Below, piece after piece: positions 15,740-36,630 of a DNA stretch of 64,000 nt. The DNA comes from the human T2T-CHM13v2.0 reference genome, Homo sapiens: NCBI RefSeq assembly GCF_009914755.1, contig NC_060934.1, one strand, 5' to 3'. A program made the position numbers and the translations under genes. The notes under the pieces were generated by a model. The model saw only the letters and a list, made by a program, of their open reading frames with translations, did no database searches and was not told the DNA's origin. Position 1 is the stretch's first letter, and each line of letters opens with the position of its first letter.

Positions 15740-16130
15740 CTTATGGGCTGAAGTGTATTCCCCCAAAATCCATATGTTAAAGCCCTAACCCCTTCTGCAG
15801 TTCCTCAAAATATGACTGTATTGGAAGATAAGGTCTTTAAAGATGTAATAAAGTTAATATGAGGCCATGAGGGTGGGCCCTAATCCAAAATGACTGGCAT
15901 CCTTATAACAAGAGATCAGGACACAGACATGCACAGAAGGAGAACTGCATGAAGAACTGCACGGAGAACATGGCCATCTGCAAGCTAAGGAAAGAAGCTT
16001 CAGAAGAAACCTGCCCATCTGACGCCCTGACCTTGGACTTCCAGCCTCCAGAACTGTGAGATAATCCATGTCTGTTGTTTAAGCTTCCTGGTCTGTGATA
16101 CTCTGTATGGCAGCCTTAGCAAACTAATAC
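15740..16130 (+). mobile_element. MLT1A/B-type MaLR solo LTR
   Basis: tatgggctgaagtgtattcccccaaaatccatatgtt ... ggacttccagcctccagaactgtgaga ... gcaaactaataca. Confidence 0.8.
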
Positions 16131-18061
16131 AGTTGCAACCATTTACCCATGCTCTGTGCAGGCCCTTCCAATACAGACATCACCCACATACACTATCTCA
16201 CTTAAAACTTCAGCCCCCGGGACAAACGTATTGCTGTTAGCCCCATTTTACAGACAAGAACCCCAAGGCTCTCCAAGATCAAGGAACTAACCCAAGATCA
16301 TTCAGCTAGAAAGTCAATGACCAGATGCACCCACCTCCCAGCCCTTTGCCTGTAACTGCTCCTGAGCTGCCTGAGTCCTCAGTCCTCTCTGCCATCCGTC
16401 CTGGGCCCACTCAGCAGCTGCAGTCCTACCCCACCTGGATGAACACTGTCTGAGCCCACTGTGCCTTCTTTCCCAGCCTCAGGCCCCCAGCAGACACTTC
16501 AGGGGAACACTGACTTGCTATCATCTGTAGTTTTTGAAACTTTTTCTTTCTTTTATTTTTTAAATAAGCACTGTTGCTTTGGTAGTCAGAAAAAAAAATT
16601 AATATTAAAGAGAAAAAAGCTAACACGGTTAAGAGTTTCTATTGAATCTGTAGCCTGTGTGGAAAGAAAGAAGTGATCAAAAGGAATATATTTGGAAAGG
16701 CTACTAAGAATAAAAACAAACAAAAAAAATACAAGCTGCCCTTGCCAATGTCCCATCAGCTGAGATGAGATAAGAGATTCATGGGGCAGAAGTAAGGCTG
16801 CTGAGGCCAGAGATCCCAGCCAGGCCATCTCCAGAAAATATCTATTTTTAAAGTCACGTTCCATTTCATCACATTTCAGAAAAACAAAGAAGAGACCTTG
16901 AGGGACAGACAAACAGGCTCCAGAGCCACACGCCTTTGTGTGTGCTCACAGCAGCAGCAGCCGTGCCTACAGCCAGCCGGCGATTTTCATCTGAAAAACT
17001 CAGATCTCTCATGGCAGAGAGAGTTCCACACCGAGCTGCCATCATCATGCAGCCCAACAAAGCAGCAATTTTCATATTTCCTAGGGCCTGCTGGGCTCCC
17101 AACTTCTTAGTTTAAATGGAAACTGTCAGACAGGATTTTGTGCAAACATGCGTTTTCCTCGGGGGCAAACATTCTGAGCCTACAACTTGTTCTTTCATTT
17201 TGAGAGCTTTTTGTCCATGGTGACTACATCAAAGATGAGAGGTGGGCGGGGAGGGCTGTTGGGGAGCACCAGAGAACAGAGCAAATGCAAAGTGCAGGGA
17301 GAGCAGAATGAATTACTAGGAGGCAAAGTGCGGCAGGAACTTATGTGCCTGGCCTCCTCCTGGGCAGCAGCCTCAGAGGAAAGACCTTGGCTGGCTCTGC
17401 TCCCCACCTCTCCTGCAGCCCCTGCGTGGACAGCCCAGTCTGTGTCAGCACCTCTTCCCTCGGGTGACCTACAAGGTCCTGGAGAGGAAAATGGTAGCAA
17501 AGAATGTGCAAAAAACCATGATGACAGAAGACAGCAGAATTCCCATATGAATAGGATTAGGTAAGAAGGGGTTAAATGTGTTAATATTCATCAGGCGGAG
17601 CTTTGCGACATAGTTTTAGGCAATGGTACTGACTCTTCTGGAATCATTTTAAAGGGCCACTCGCTTTTTCATTATAAGTCCATTCACTGGAGCCTCTTAA
17701 GATAGTCTCAAAAGACAGATAGGAATGCGCCCAAATCCACCTGCGCACCAACACCGTGTGCCAAGCAAATGGAATCCTCGGGAAAGGACACCCATTAAGG
17801 ACCATCCCAAACCCCGTTAATATGTACATGTTCCTCTCAAGCTTTATGCATTAAACCAAGTCAACTAATATTTTCCAAGCTCTTTTAAGATGTGTGGTCT
17901 TTTATATGTGGGTTGTGTGTGTGTTTGAGGGGTAGTGACGAAGACACCCCCATCAAGATAACTGAAGAAGAACTGCCCAAACTGAAACATTCAAATCTCC
18001 AAACGTCTCCATTCCCCCTAGGTGTTTGCATTTCAGTGGATAAGATGAACACCTGGCTGTG

Positions 18062-18291
18062 AAGCCCACAGGTAACCTCCCAGGCCTCACAAGCCCACAG
18101 GTAACCTCCCAGGCCTCACAAGCCCACAGGTAACCTCCCAGGCCTCACAAGCCCACAGGTAACCTCCCAGGCCTCACAAGCCCACAGGTAACCTCCCAGG
18201 CTTCACAAGCCCACAGGTAACCTCCCAGGCCTCACAAGCCCACAGGTAAACTCCCAGGCCTCACAAGCCCACAGGTAACCTCCCAGGCCTC
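18062..18291. repeat. 29-bp minisatellite, ~7.9 copies (aagcccacaggtaacctcccaggcctcac)
   Basis: Units start at 18062, 18091, 18120, 18149, 18178, 18207, 18236 and 18265; only two single-base variants. Confidence 0.97.
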
Positions 18292-19578
18292 TGCCAAGCA
18301 GAACCAATGAAGTCTGTTGACACAAGTCACTAGGGGAAAAAAAAAAAAAAAGTCTCTGCAACTCTGTGCTCCCCATTATCAGAGAAAATGAGGTCTGTTC
18401 TGGGCCTCCCAGCTCTGAGCTGGCTGCCCTGGGTGCAGCCTTCCCCAAAAACTCTGGGTATCCAGCCCTCACCCGTGCTGACAGCGCACTCTGTCCACCA
18501 GCTCATGACAAAGGCCACTTGTTTCCCATGAGTGTCCAGAACAGTGGCTGAACCAGTCAACCCAGTCGGGGACTGTGGTCCTGCTGGATGGGCGGTGACA
18601 AGAGCTCACTGTGACCTCAGCAGACAATTAGCAAGGCGGTGTCGAGTTACTGAGCTCCAGCAGGTCACCTGCTAGGCTGGGAGAATGGACAGAATGCAGG
18701 TTCCAGACCCAAGAAGGGGTTAGGCAGGGTCACAGGCTACTTCATCTGCCTCCGTATCTTTATGCTAAGCACTGCACCCTCTGACATTGGAGGGCAAGAA
18801 AAGAAAAGGTGTTACAAGGAGGAGGCTAGAACCTATCCCAGGAGTAATCTGAGAATTGAGCCAGTGGTTGACAACCATCCTAGGAAGTATTTGGAAATGT
18901 GTGGAGACATGGTACGGTGGACACAATGATAGGGAGGGTCACTGTAGGTGGGAGCCAGAGATGGTGAGCATCCCAAAAGTGCAGAAGATCCCAAAGCCAA
19001 GAGCATCCACTGAGATATACTGAAGTCAGTTCCATCTACCCCAGCTGCTCTGACCATACCTGAACCACTGTACTCAGCACAAAGCCACAACAAATGTGGA
19101 AGGCAGGGAAGAACCAAGAGTTGCAAGAAGAAAAAAAATACAACATGCCCAAAAGGTGGTGATGAGGAAAAGGGGAAACTTAGAGGCAGATTGGGGCCAA
19201 AAACCTATAGACAACAGCTAGCAGGATTTACCAATGAGAACGGCAAGCAGCTTCTCAAAGAGGGATGCCCCTGCCAACACGGATGCTGAGCTGCAGCAGG
19301 ATGTCTTCAGCTGGAGGGCGCTCTTGAGCCCATCAGCAGCCAAGGTCTACCTGTCCTACCTCCAAGCCTCTTGTGCTCGTCACTTCCTCTCCACTGCCAC
19401 GATGTGGCCACACCTCTCATAGCTCAACTCATCTCATCCACCCCACGATTCACCTTGGGTCTCTAGGGTCCCAGGTTTGCCATTTACCACCACGGGCAAG
19501 GTACATAATACCTCTCTGCACCTCTGATTCCTCCTCTATAATGGCACACAGAGGATGAGGTCAATAATTACACTTTAC

Positions 19579-19740
19579 GGCCGGGCACGGTGGTTCACGC
19601 CTGTAATCCCAACACTTTGGGAGGCCGAGGCATGCACATCACCTGAGGTCGGGAGTTCAATACCAGCCTGACCAACATGGAGAAACCCCATCTCTACTAA
19701 AAATACAAAATTAGCTGGGCATAGTGGCGCATGCCTGTAA
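19579..19740 (+). mobile_element. 3'-truncated, tail-less AluS with TSDs
   Basis: Ends at gcctgtaa; flanked by aataattacactttac / aataattatgctttac. Confidence 0.85.
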
Positions 19741-20249
19741 ATAATTATGCTTTACACTTGGATGTCTCAAGGTAGCGCTGGAGTAGTTATTCTGAGCTAC
19801 TGGAATATCAGCGAGTGCCACCTCCAGAGGGAGCTTCCCAGAGCCCAGCCCTGTACCATCTCTGAGCTTCCAGGAGTCCCCAGCTCTCCAGCCGCAGAAT
19901 AAAACCTGCCTGGAAGCTGGCACTGGAGGGTCTCCATGGGCCCAGCCTAACCTGTCCACACCCTCCCAGGGCTCCCCCTTCTACCACCCACACTTCTGGC
20001 CAGACTATAGTGCCACTTGCTTATCACACCCAGCCCATTCCCAGGTGTTCCCATTCAGTTTTCTGATTCCACCATCACTACTGCCTCTACCAACATCCCA
20101 ACCGACCCTTCAGGCCCAGCTCAAATGAGACCTCTCCGAGGAGTTTCCCAGATCCCCCTACCCAGGAATGACCTGCTCCCCTATCTCCCTATGCATGCCT
20201 CCCTATGGTTCTAGCTGATGTCTACTAGGCCTGGCTTCACCTATGAGGC

Positions 20250-20405
20250 TGGGGTCAGGGTGGTTTCATGGATGTGTGACCTTGTGCAGTCTCACAAGGC
20301 TCACAATTGGCTTCGCACTCTGCTGTTGCCATCGTGAAATCCTCAATGATTTATGTGCCGCAAGGAGCTCCCAATTTTCATTTTGCACTGGGCCTGCAAA
20401 CTGCA
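20250..20405. mobile_element. MER91-like hAT element
   Basis: tgtgtgaccttgtgcagtctcacaagg...tgctgttgccatcgtgaaat...tttcattttgcactgggcc. Confidence 0.5.
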
Positions 20406-20616
20406 AACTGCAGATGTGGTCCTGCTGAGGACTTCTCAAGGATGAGGCTTTGGTTTATCTCTGCATCTCACAGACTGCAGCAGTGACTGGGACACAGTAA
20501 GGACTTAACAAAGGAGGGAAGGTGGTGAGTCTCCATGTCTCTTTGTTCTGTGAGCAGCTGTCACCTCACACAGCTCATTATTCATAGGCTGGTGAGCTCA
20601 CCTCTGTCCCCCAACA

Positions 20617-20617
<1 letters not shown>

Positions 20618-20657
<40 letters not shown>
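20618..20657. repeat. (AC)~20 microsatellite
   Basis: Read directly from the sequence. Confidence 0.95.
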
Positions 20658-20660
<3 letters not shown>

Positions 20661-22180
20661 AAGAAAGCAACAATTCAGCTCAGCTCATTCCCAAAAGCCA
20701 CATTCCCTCCAACCCCGCTACACATCACTCCCACAGGACATCACAAAAAAAGGTCGCTGGATCCTACTGAAAATGCAGCCCCTCAGCACTTCATCTCAAA
20801 CACTTTCTCCCACAGCAGGTGGCTGAGGGCTGGTGTGCTGAAAAGCTCACATTCTGCATGCGGGAACACTGACTCCGGAGCCATCCGGCTCTGCTGCTTG
20901 CTGGCTGTATAACTTTGAATGAGTCCCCTAGCACAAGGCCCAGAAAGGGGGAACCCTCAGGGATCTGGCTGTCCCCAGCCCTGCCCCTCTCTCAGACTCG
21001 ACCCTGCCTCTTTCTGCAGGTTGGCTCAGAGACACAGGCCCCCAGGGATCACAGCACCCTGCCCTCATCATCTGCATTTATGGTCCCCACAAGTCCCAGA
21101 CTCGGGAGGACGGACACACCCACAGGCCAAACAAGGCATTAGGAACATGGGATGGCACAGCTTCCTGGGATGCCCCAGCTTCCCGGGATGCCCCAGCTAA
21201 TGGAATCGCACCCAGTCCTGGCTCTGATCGCAGTAGCACATCTGACACGTGCCCTCAATCCCTCCCTACCTCGTGACCCATAAGCAGCCTTTTGGCACAG
21301 GCACACAGCCATTAGTCAAGCAACCTGTGAGAAAAACACTGCCTGGCCATGCAAAACAAATGTAGGTGGCCCATTAGAAAGTGAGGACTTGTTTGTGAAA
21401 AGGTACATGTATGGAATGCAACAGCCTCCTCCCTCTGCATCTGACTTGGGAGCACTTTCATCATAAAATTTTGGTTGACACTAGATGTGTTCTTACTTGT
21501 AAGACAGCACAGTTATCAGGAAGAGTCACAGAATGTCAACAACAGAAGGGACCCCAAAGATAAAGTAGTCCAGTGCCCCATTTGACAGATGGGGAAACTG
21601 AGGCCTCTGTGTTCCCAGGGCCCCAGCCTGCTCCCCTTGGACACTGCACCTGTGTACTATATTGCCAATGACTGTTTATAAGACACCTCGCACACCAGAC
21701 AGTGAATTCCTGGAGACCAGGGTGGTACCTTCATCTCTGCTGCCCTAGCTTCCCTCACAGGGCCAGGCAGCCAGGAGACACCCAATAAAGGATTGCTGAA
21801 TTTCAAAACAATACGTGTACATGATAAATATATACAGTATTTGTCCATTTTAAAGGGTAATCAAGTTTTTAAAATGAAAATAAAGGATTGCTGAATAAAT
21901 GAACAACCAGAGAGGCGGCCACCAGCCAAGGACAAACAAAGCTGAATCTGGAACACTGGCTTCCTGCTGTCCTCTCAGACTAAACGCAGTAGGTACTGGG
22001 TCACTGGGAGAATGGCAAGGCCAGTATGCTGTGTGTGCAGGGACAGGGCACCCCCAGGTTGGGAGCCAAGCCTAGTCCCAGCCCTGCCTCTGGCATTGGC
22101 ATTGGCGTGCTAGCCATTTGACCACCAGAGCAGCCCCTCTCTGAAGCTCAGTTTCTTCCATTCTTGATTGCAGGACAAAT

Positions 22181-22288
22181 AAACGTCACCTTACCTACCC
22201 ACCAGTGTCTCAGCAAGGAAGGAGAGAGAGAAGGAAACGTCACCTTACCTACCCACCAGTGTCTCAGCAAGGAAGGAGAGAGAGAAGG
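22181..22288. repeat. Perfect 54-bp tandem duplication
   Basis: aaacgtcaccttacctacccaccagtgtctcagcaaggaaggagagagagaagg occurs twice. Confidence 0.97.
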
Positions 22289-24370
22289 AGGTGAAAGTGC
22301 ACTGAAGACCTAATACACAATGTATACTTAAGCGGGACTGTCAGGGGACAAAGGTATTCACTGGGGACCCCCTGCCCCCACCCAGTAATGCTGCCACATT
22401 TTCCTTATCCACCAGCCCATTTACTCCTCCATAACCCTGTTAGGTAATGAGAACAGACATCTCAGCCCCACTTTACTGAAGAGAAAACAAGGTCGAGAGA
22501 GGCCATCGATAGTGTCTGTCCTCCAGTGGCCCTGCCAGGCCAAGGGGTTGGGGGCACGGCAAAGGGCTCCAGGAGTCCCTGCCCGCCCCAGACAGCAGCA
22601 CCTGCCAATCTTGTGTATCAATGGGCAGCAGTGCTGGGCTGTGACTTGCCAAGTCCATAGTCAGTCCCTGAATGCCATAGGGAAGCATCTGCTCTGGACG
22701 GTCCCGTGCTTGGGGGCAGAATGACATAAGTCCAAAGTAGTTCAAACGGACCAGCAAAAAGTAACCAAAACATAGCCAACGGCCTGTGGACTAGAAGTCA
22801 GTGCAGACACCATTACCTGGTTTTCTAATTCTCCCTGGAGGAAACTGGATCAATGGGGGATGGGGGAAGGGACAGCAGTTTTTGACCCCCTACTCCCTGG
22901 GCCTGAACCCTTCCCAGAGCTGAGTCCTCTTCTCCACTCCCTACTGTCTCCCTACCCGGCGCGTGGCCCGCATGGGGCCTTCCCACAGGTGGACTGATTT
23001 TTCTGTCCCTCAGAACCAGAGCCAGTGGACAAAACCTCCGTTCCCAAACTCCAAGCCACCAATGGAAGGCCTCACATAGGAAGCTGTGGGTGGAAGATGG
23101 TGCGTTTCTACTGCCTGGTGGTTTTAGATCTCTATCGCCTACTCAGAATCTGAACCCTAGCCTGTGTGTGTGAGAGGCTGCATGTGCACATACAAAAACA
23201 GCAAGGTATCTACAAGGGGGGTCAGGATTGCAGAGGGGCTACCTGTGTGAGCTCTGGAGCCCAACTGCCTGCCTGGGAATCCCAGCTTACCCACTGACTA
23301 GCTGTGTGACTCAGGGCAAGTTCTTTAACCACTCTGTGCCTCTGTCTGCACCTCACTCTCCTTGCCCCTAAAACAGGGGTAAGCAAAGTACCCACCTCCC
23401 AGGATTTTTGTGAGGCTAAAATGAGATAACACCTAGCACACTTGCCAGACAAGAAAAGTTCTATTTTTCCCCAGCACAATGTTAATAGGGTTGCCTCTGG
23501 GATTTTGTGTGCTTTTCTTTTTCTTCTTCATTAATTAAATTTTCTACATGAATGTGCATGCTTTATTGTCAGCAAAGAATAAAGCTTTTTTTTTTTTTTT
23601 TTTTTTTGATGGGGTAGGAAGAACAGCTCAGAATCCCAAGTAACCCTTTCTTTTAAACACAGAGGATGGAAGCAGCCCTCTCTCTGCTGGTCTATTTTAG
23701 GATCTTCTGGATGGGCAAGGAGTTCTACTGCCCAAAGCAGCCCAACCTTTTCTGCTCCCTGATTCCCAGCGTACCCCTTCCCCACCTCTGCCCATCCAGA
23801 AAAACTCAAATCTCACCTCCTCCAAGAAGCCCTCGCTGCTAGCTCAGCACCTCTCTTCCTCCTGGGGAACAAGGCCTTTCCTCACTCTGCCCTCCCCTAG
23901 CTGGCACTATCCACTCCAGAGGTCTTGTACCGGTCTCTGTTCCAGGGGCAAGGGGTTTGCCAAGACCCCAGCACAGCGGTCTTGAGGGGCAGGGCCACCT
24001 TCCTTCCTATGTCCTTTCAAAGCACTCGCTCTGCTTTTCTTCTTGGAACTTCGATACAACCTTATGAGAGGTGGACATGGGTTCAGGGAAGAAAAGTGAT
24101 GAGCAGGTCACACTGCTGGACTTAACCCCAGTCTGACCAAGTCCATCAGGGCTCACTCTGCAGCCCCAGGCTGCTTCCCATGGGAGGCTCACAGCAGGCA
24201 CTCAGCTGACAGACCCTCACCCGCAGGGCAGCACTGCCCTGGCCCATCATACATCTCTTCCTCCACCCTGTCCCCGCCAATGCCGTTTCACTACTCACGC
24301 CCCTTCTCCTTCCTCCCCAGGATTTCCCTTCTCCTCTGGCTGTGCTTTGGTCTGCAGTGACCCTAGCTGA

Positions 24371-25253
<883 letters not shown>

Positions 25254-25601
25254 TCAACCATGGATAATCCAGATTTTATTTGGCTAGTATAACGTTAGCA
25301 TAACAACCAGTTGCAACATGTTTCTTCAGAGCCTAGATTTTTAAAAAATCTATAAAAGGCAGGTATAGGGCAATTAGAGAGATTTAAGAAGAACTATAGA
25401 CTAGAGGATATAATTGCATCAGTGCTGAGGTTCTTGGGTCTAATAATGGTGGTGTGTCATGTAGGAATATGTACTGGTTTGTGCATACTTCAAGGTTTAG
25501 GGGTAAACTGTCCTGATGTCCACAACTTTTTTCCAAATGAATCAGGAAAACAAGTTTTATATGGATACATCTGCAGAGTGAGAAAGTAAAAAAGCAAATA
25601 T

Positions 25602-26810
<1,209 letters not shown>

Positions 26811-29522
26811 ATCTATCATATAATTTCTTAGTGGTAGAATTAAAGAAAAAAAAAAGGATGTGGTTCCCAAAATGAGGGCCTATACAAACACAGGAGACAT
26901 GATGAAGTTTGAAAATATTCTATCCAAATATTCTGGTCCCCTTGTCTCTGTGTCACTGGAGAGTGGTAGAATTTCCAGGCAGGTTCTATCTGCTTTCCCA
27001 TAGATAGCATAGCCCCTGAGGCTCCCCAGAGACCCTCCGAAGTCCTGTGATTGCCCATTCAGGAGTGTGGGACCACCAAACACTACTCAAGACCAGCATG
27101 GCTTCAAGGAAGCTTTGGCCTCAGGGTAGCTGCTGCTACCACAAGCACCTTCCTCCCAGGAGCCAGAACAGCCTTCTCCATCAGCGCAGGTGACCAAGTG
27201 GCACATGGCTCACTTGGCCACCACGCTTAGGCCAAAGCAGCCCTGCATGTCCCCATCAACCTGGCCTCCCCAAAGACCTGGATTCTGTTTCCACATCTCC
27301 ACCCTCTACCACACGTGGACTCTGCAGTTCCCTGGGACTTCACTTTTCTTGGAGAAGGAGAGAGAAAAAGGGAAGCAAATCCTGAATTGCTCGTAGGATT
27401 TAAAAACCTCTCCACAGAGGGGAGCTGGGGACAAGGTAGGGGAGACAGTGCTAGCAGCACAATCTGAGGACGGGTCCCCTGCCAGCCCTCCGGGCACACA
27501 GGGAGCAAAAGGAGAGGCAGAGGCACATGGGAGCAGGGGCTGGGAGATGCTGCATGGCGCAGGCTGTGGGCTTGGCTATTAAAGCCAGAAAAGGCCTGCC
27601 TCCTCCTGCCAATAGAGTTATCTTTTAATCCGAACCCCAATGACACCACCTGGCACCAGCGCAGGAGCAGCTCCTGACGGCACACGAGTCACGCGGCTGG
27701 GCCCCGCGTCTATCCCTTCAGGTCAGGGCTTGCCCTGAGTGCTCCTGAGGAAGTGGGCCCCTGCCCCCTCCATGGCCTGGCTCCTGACAGGCCTGTGCAT
27801 GCCTGAGAGGGCCAGGCAGGCGGTAAGGAAGTAGAGGAAGCTCCGTGCTGTGCAAGGTCACCAAATGCTAGATGCAAAGACCCAGAAAGGGAGGGCACTC
27901 ACCCAAAGTCACCCACGCCGGGACGGGGCAGCAATCCCAGGATTCTCCTCCTACCCAGATGCGGCAAAGAGGTTTGCAGCCCAGGACAGCTGTTATCAAC
28001 TAGCCAGTGCTGGAAAACAGCAGGTAGCACCCCAGACCTGCCACTCTCCACGTACTCAGACAACTCATGGCCCAATCTGAAGATGGCTTTCCTCTGAATT
28101 CTCCCACATCTGTGCCCTCCTGCAGGGCTTGGTTTCTGAGGTCCCATCCGCCTTGAAGTTGGCAAGGGCTAGGGTAGCATGTAACCTATCTCCCTAGTAA
28201 GGATGGCACTGACTCTGCTGTGGCAGCATCCAGGCCAGGCAGCCATCCAGGCCCTCCCAGACTGGGGGAGCTCAGCACCTCCAGAGGCAGCCACCTCACC
28301 ACAGACCAACACACCCTGCTGCAGCGTTCTTCCTTGTGGGCAATGGAAATCTGCCAGCAGGAACTGGTAGCAGAAAACTCCCCAAAGCCTGCTCCAATTC
28401 TCCACCCCAGTACAATGGGCGTGCCCTCAGGATTCCAACAGCCAAGGGCAAAATCCCGACTCACTGGCTTGGGACTCTGGGCAAGTGACTTACTCTCTCT
28501 ATGCCTCAGTTCCCTCATCTGTAAAATGAGGAGAGTAGTGGCCTTCATCTTAGAGTTGCTGGGATGAGATGATCCTTGCAACCTCCCGGGGCACACATGA
28601 GTGGTCAACAAATGCTTTCTATGGCTACACTACAATGCACAGTTCCACAGGCTCAAGGCCCAGCTTTCTGCCCCTCTCCTCATACTCATTCCACTTTCTC
28701 ATGACCAGACTTGTGCTCAGCAAGTGTCCACTCCTATAGGTTCGCTCAGGGGTAGCTGGCTCACCAGGGACACATTTTAAACCCTGGCCTCTTCCTCCAA
28801 AACTTCAGCTCAGAGCCTTGGCAAGCCATCCCTGCCGCCCACTGGAGATGGCTGACGAGAAAACCAGAAAGAGACCATGAAAGAGGAAGGCTCTTCTCAC
28901 TCCTCACTCATCCTTATCTTGGACCAGTATCCTCCACACAACACCAACACCCAAACATAACAGCAAATGGATATAATCTTATCAATTTCATCCTCCACAA
29001 CCTTCTACGGCTCCCTCTGGCCTAAAGTCAAAAAGCCTTACCCCAGACTTTAAAAGGAAGAGATAAACACTTAGTGAACATTTGACTATGTGTCAAGTTC
29101 TCTGCTCTACAGTGTATATATATTATATCATTTAATAACTCCCTCTAAAATTCGTCTTATTGCTTGCATCTTACAGGTGAGGAAGCTGAGGCTCCAAGAC
29201 ACTAGGCAACTTACCTAAGCATCACAGCTCAGAAACAGAAGCAGATTTGGAGGCCAGATCTGGGAGGCCACAAGGCTGGGTCCTTGGCACAGCCTCTACC
29301 TCCTCTCCAGGTCATCTCCTGCAACCCCTCCCTGACCCAGCCACTGTCCAGTCACCACGGTGCCCATGGTCACCTGGCACACCTGGCTGTGTCCTACATT
29401 AATGCATATCCCCACGCTTCTGCTTCTCCTGCCTGGAACGCACCTACCTATCACCTAATGAACTTCTACTCAGCCCAGAAAGCTCTGCTCTCAAGTTATC
29501 TCCTTCAGGAGACAGACCTTCA

Positions 29523-30287
<765 letters not shown>

Positions 30288-31623
30288 CTAATGTGGACCA
30301 TTCATCCTGACTACTACAGCACAGTACGTTTACTTGAAGAAGTGAATAAATGATGTTCCTTCTGACTTACAGACCAAGAAACAGGGCCGTCAGAGCAGAC
30401 TTGACCTTTACAGGGACAACTGGTAAACAGCCCATCTACAGTAGCATCCTGGAGGTTACACCTGGCAAAGAGTTACCCCTTGGCTGGGTGCACCTGAGCA
30501 AACCCATCTGGACTAACGCCGGTGTCAGGAAGTAGCACATCCACACAGTGCAGCTATGGCCCTCTGAGGAAAGACTGCTGCATCGCATCAGAAAGGCAGC
30601 ATCCGTGACTTCTGCGGTCCACGCTGACGGGTGGGGAGGCACCTTGGGGCCTCCTTCCCGCACTGCAGACAATGGCTGGGAAGCCCACACCCCAGCCTCC
30701 TGGCACTCTCACTTCTAGGCACAGGATGCAGCAACCCCTGGCAAAAGCAGCTCCTCTTTGCTGACCTGGACATAAGGACGCCAGGACCCACAGTGGGCCT
30801 GAGCCAACAGCACCCGGCTCCAACGGTGGAGCAGCCCAAGGTCCCCCTGGGGAAGGGCTGGAAAGACGAGCTCTCTGTCCTGACCCACTTCTCCCTGCAC
30901 ACTCTTCCCAGATCTGGCCTGGCCCAGCCAGAAAGCCAACTATGAGATCCTTCTCATCTTATGACATTAGTAAGAGAAATACTCACTCGTATGCTGGTAT
31001 TAGCACATTAGACTCCCCAAGGCCACTCCCACTTTACAGAGGAACAAAGTGACACCCAGAGCCAAGTCCCTAAACTGAGCTCCTCTCACTCGCTGCCACC
31101 GAGCTGCACTCACACCACAGCTCTCCCTTAGAGGGAACAGACAGGTGTGGTCTCTGTCTCCCTTCCAGGACAGGCTTGGACACTGAGGAGATGCCGTGCC
31201 TATTTCCCAAACACCGAGTAAAAGGAACCCCTGGGGTCCAGCCCACACCCAGGTTCTGATTCACAGACCTAGGGTGAGGCCAAGGGGTTTAATCTTTCAG
31301 AAGCTTCCCCAGTGACTCTGAAAAAGCCAATCCAAAGACTGCACCCGGGGAACCCCAAGCGTGAACCCAGGACTGCTGTTTCAGCCCAGCAATTTGTATC
31401 AACAGCCGTTCAAAGTCCACACCCTTTGACCCAACAGCACCACTTCTAGGAATTCATCCTGAGAAAATAAAGAAGCATACAAAGATCTATAGCATGAGGT
31501 GATGCACCGCAGCATTGTAAGTACAGAAAAAATGGGAAATCTCTACATCTCCAATCAAGAAGAACTGGTGACATAAATCTCAATCAGGCAAGACTGTGCT
31601 CCCATTAAAAACGAGCCATTGAG

Positions 31624-32874
<1,251 letters not shown>

Positions 32875-33067
32875 TTACAGCATCAGACCTAAAACTTGGA
32901 GCCCACTTCAATTAGTGCAGGAAGGACTGCAGATGGCATCTACATACACCATGAAGGTGATAGAACTCCTTCCCTGACATGGCTGAGGTTCTACTTGAAT
33001 ATTCCCAGAAAACAAGAGCTCTCGCAATTCCTTAACAGTGGTTTCTGGCAATTAAAAGGCTGCTCTA

Positions 33068-33252
33068 AGTCAAGTGTGGTGGTGTGCACCTGTATCTCAG
33101 CTACTCAGGAGGCTGCAGTGGGAGGATCAGTGGGAGGATAACTTGAGTCCAAGAGTTTGAGGCTGTAGTGCACAATGATCACGCCTATGAATGGCCACTG
33201 CACTTCAGCCTGGGCAACATGGCAAAACCCCCATCTCAACAAAAGGAAAAAG
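33068..33252 (+). mobile_element. FAM-type fossil Alu monomer
   Basis: FAM-like ggctgtagtgcacaatgatcacgcctatgaatggccactgcac; internal 12-bp tandem duplication cagtgggaggat. Confidence 0.7.
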
Positions 33253-33266
33253 AACATGTTGCTCCT

Positions 33267-36630
<3,364 letters not shown>

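Noticed and set aside
18062-18291. CRISPR-like regular 29-bp repeats
   Set aside because: Units are head-to-tail with no unique spacers and no cas genes, in human DNA; this is a minisatellite.
21158-21198. 18-bp tandem duplication cagcttcc(t/c)gggatgccc
   Set aside because: Real but small and ordinary; no evidence of function.
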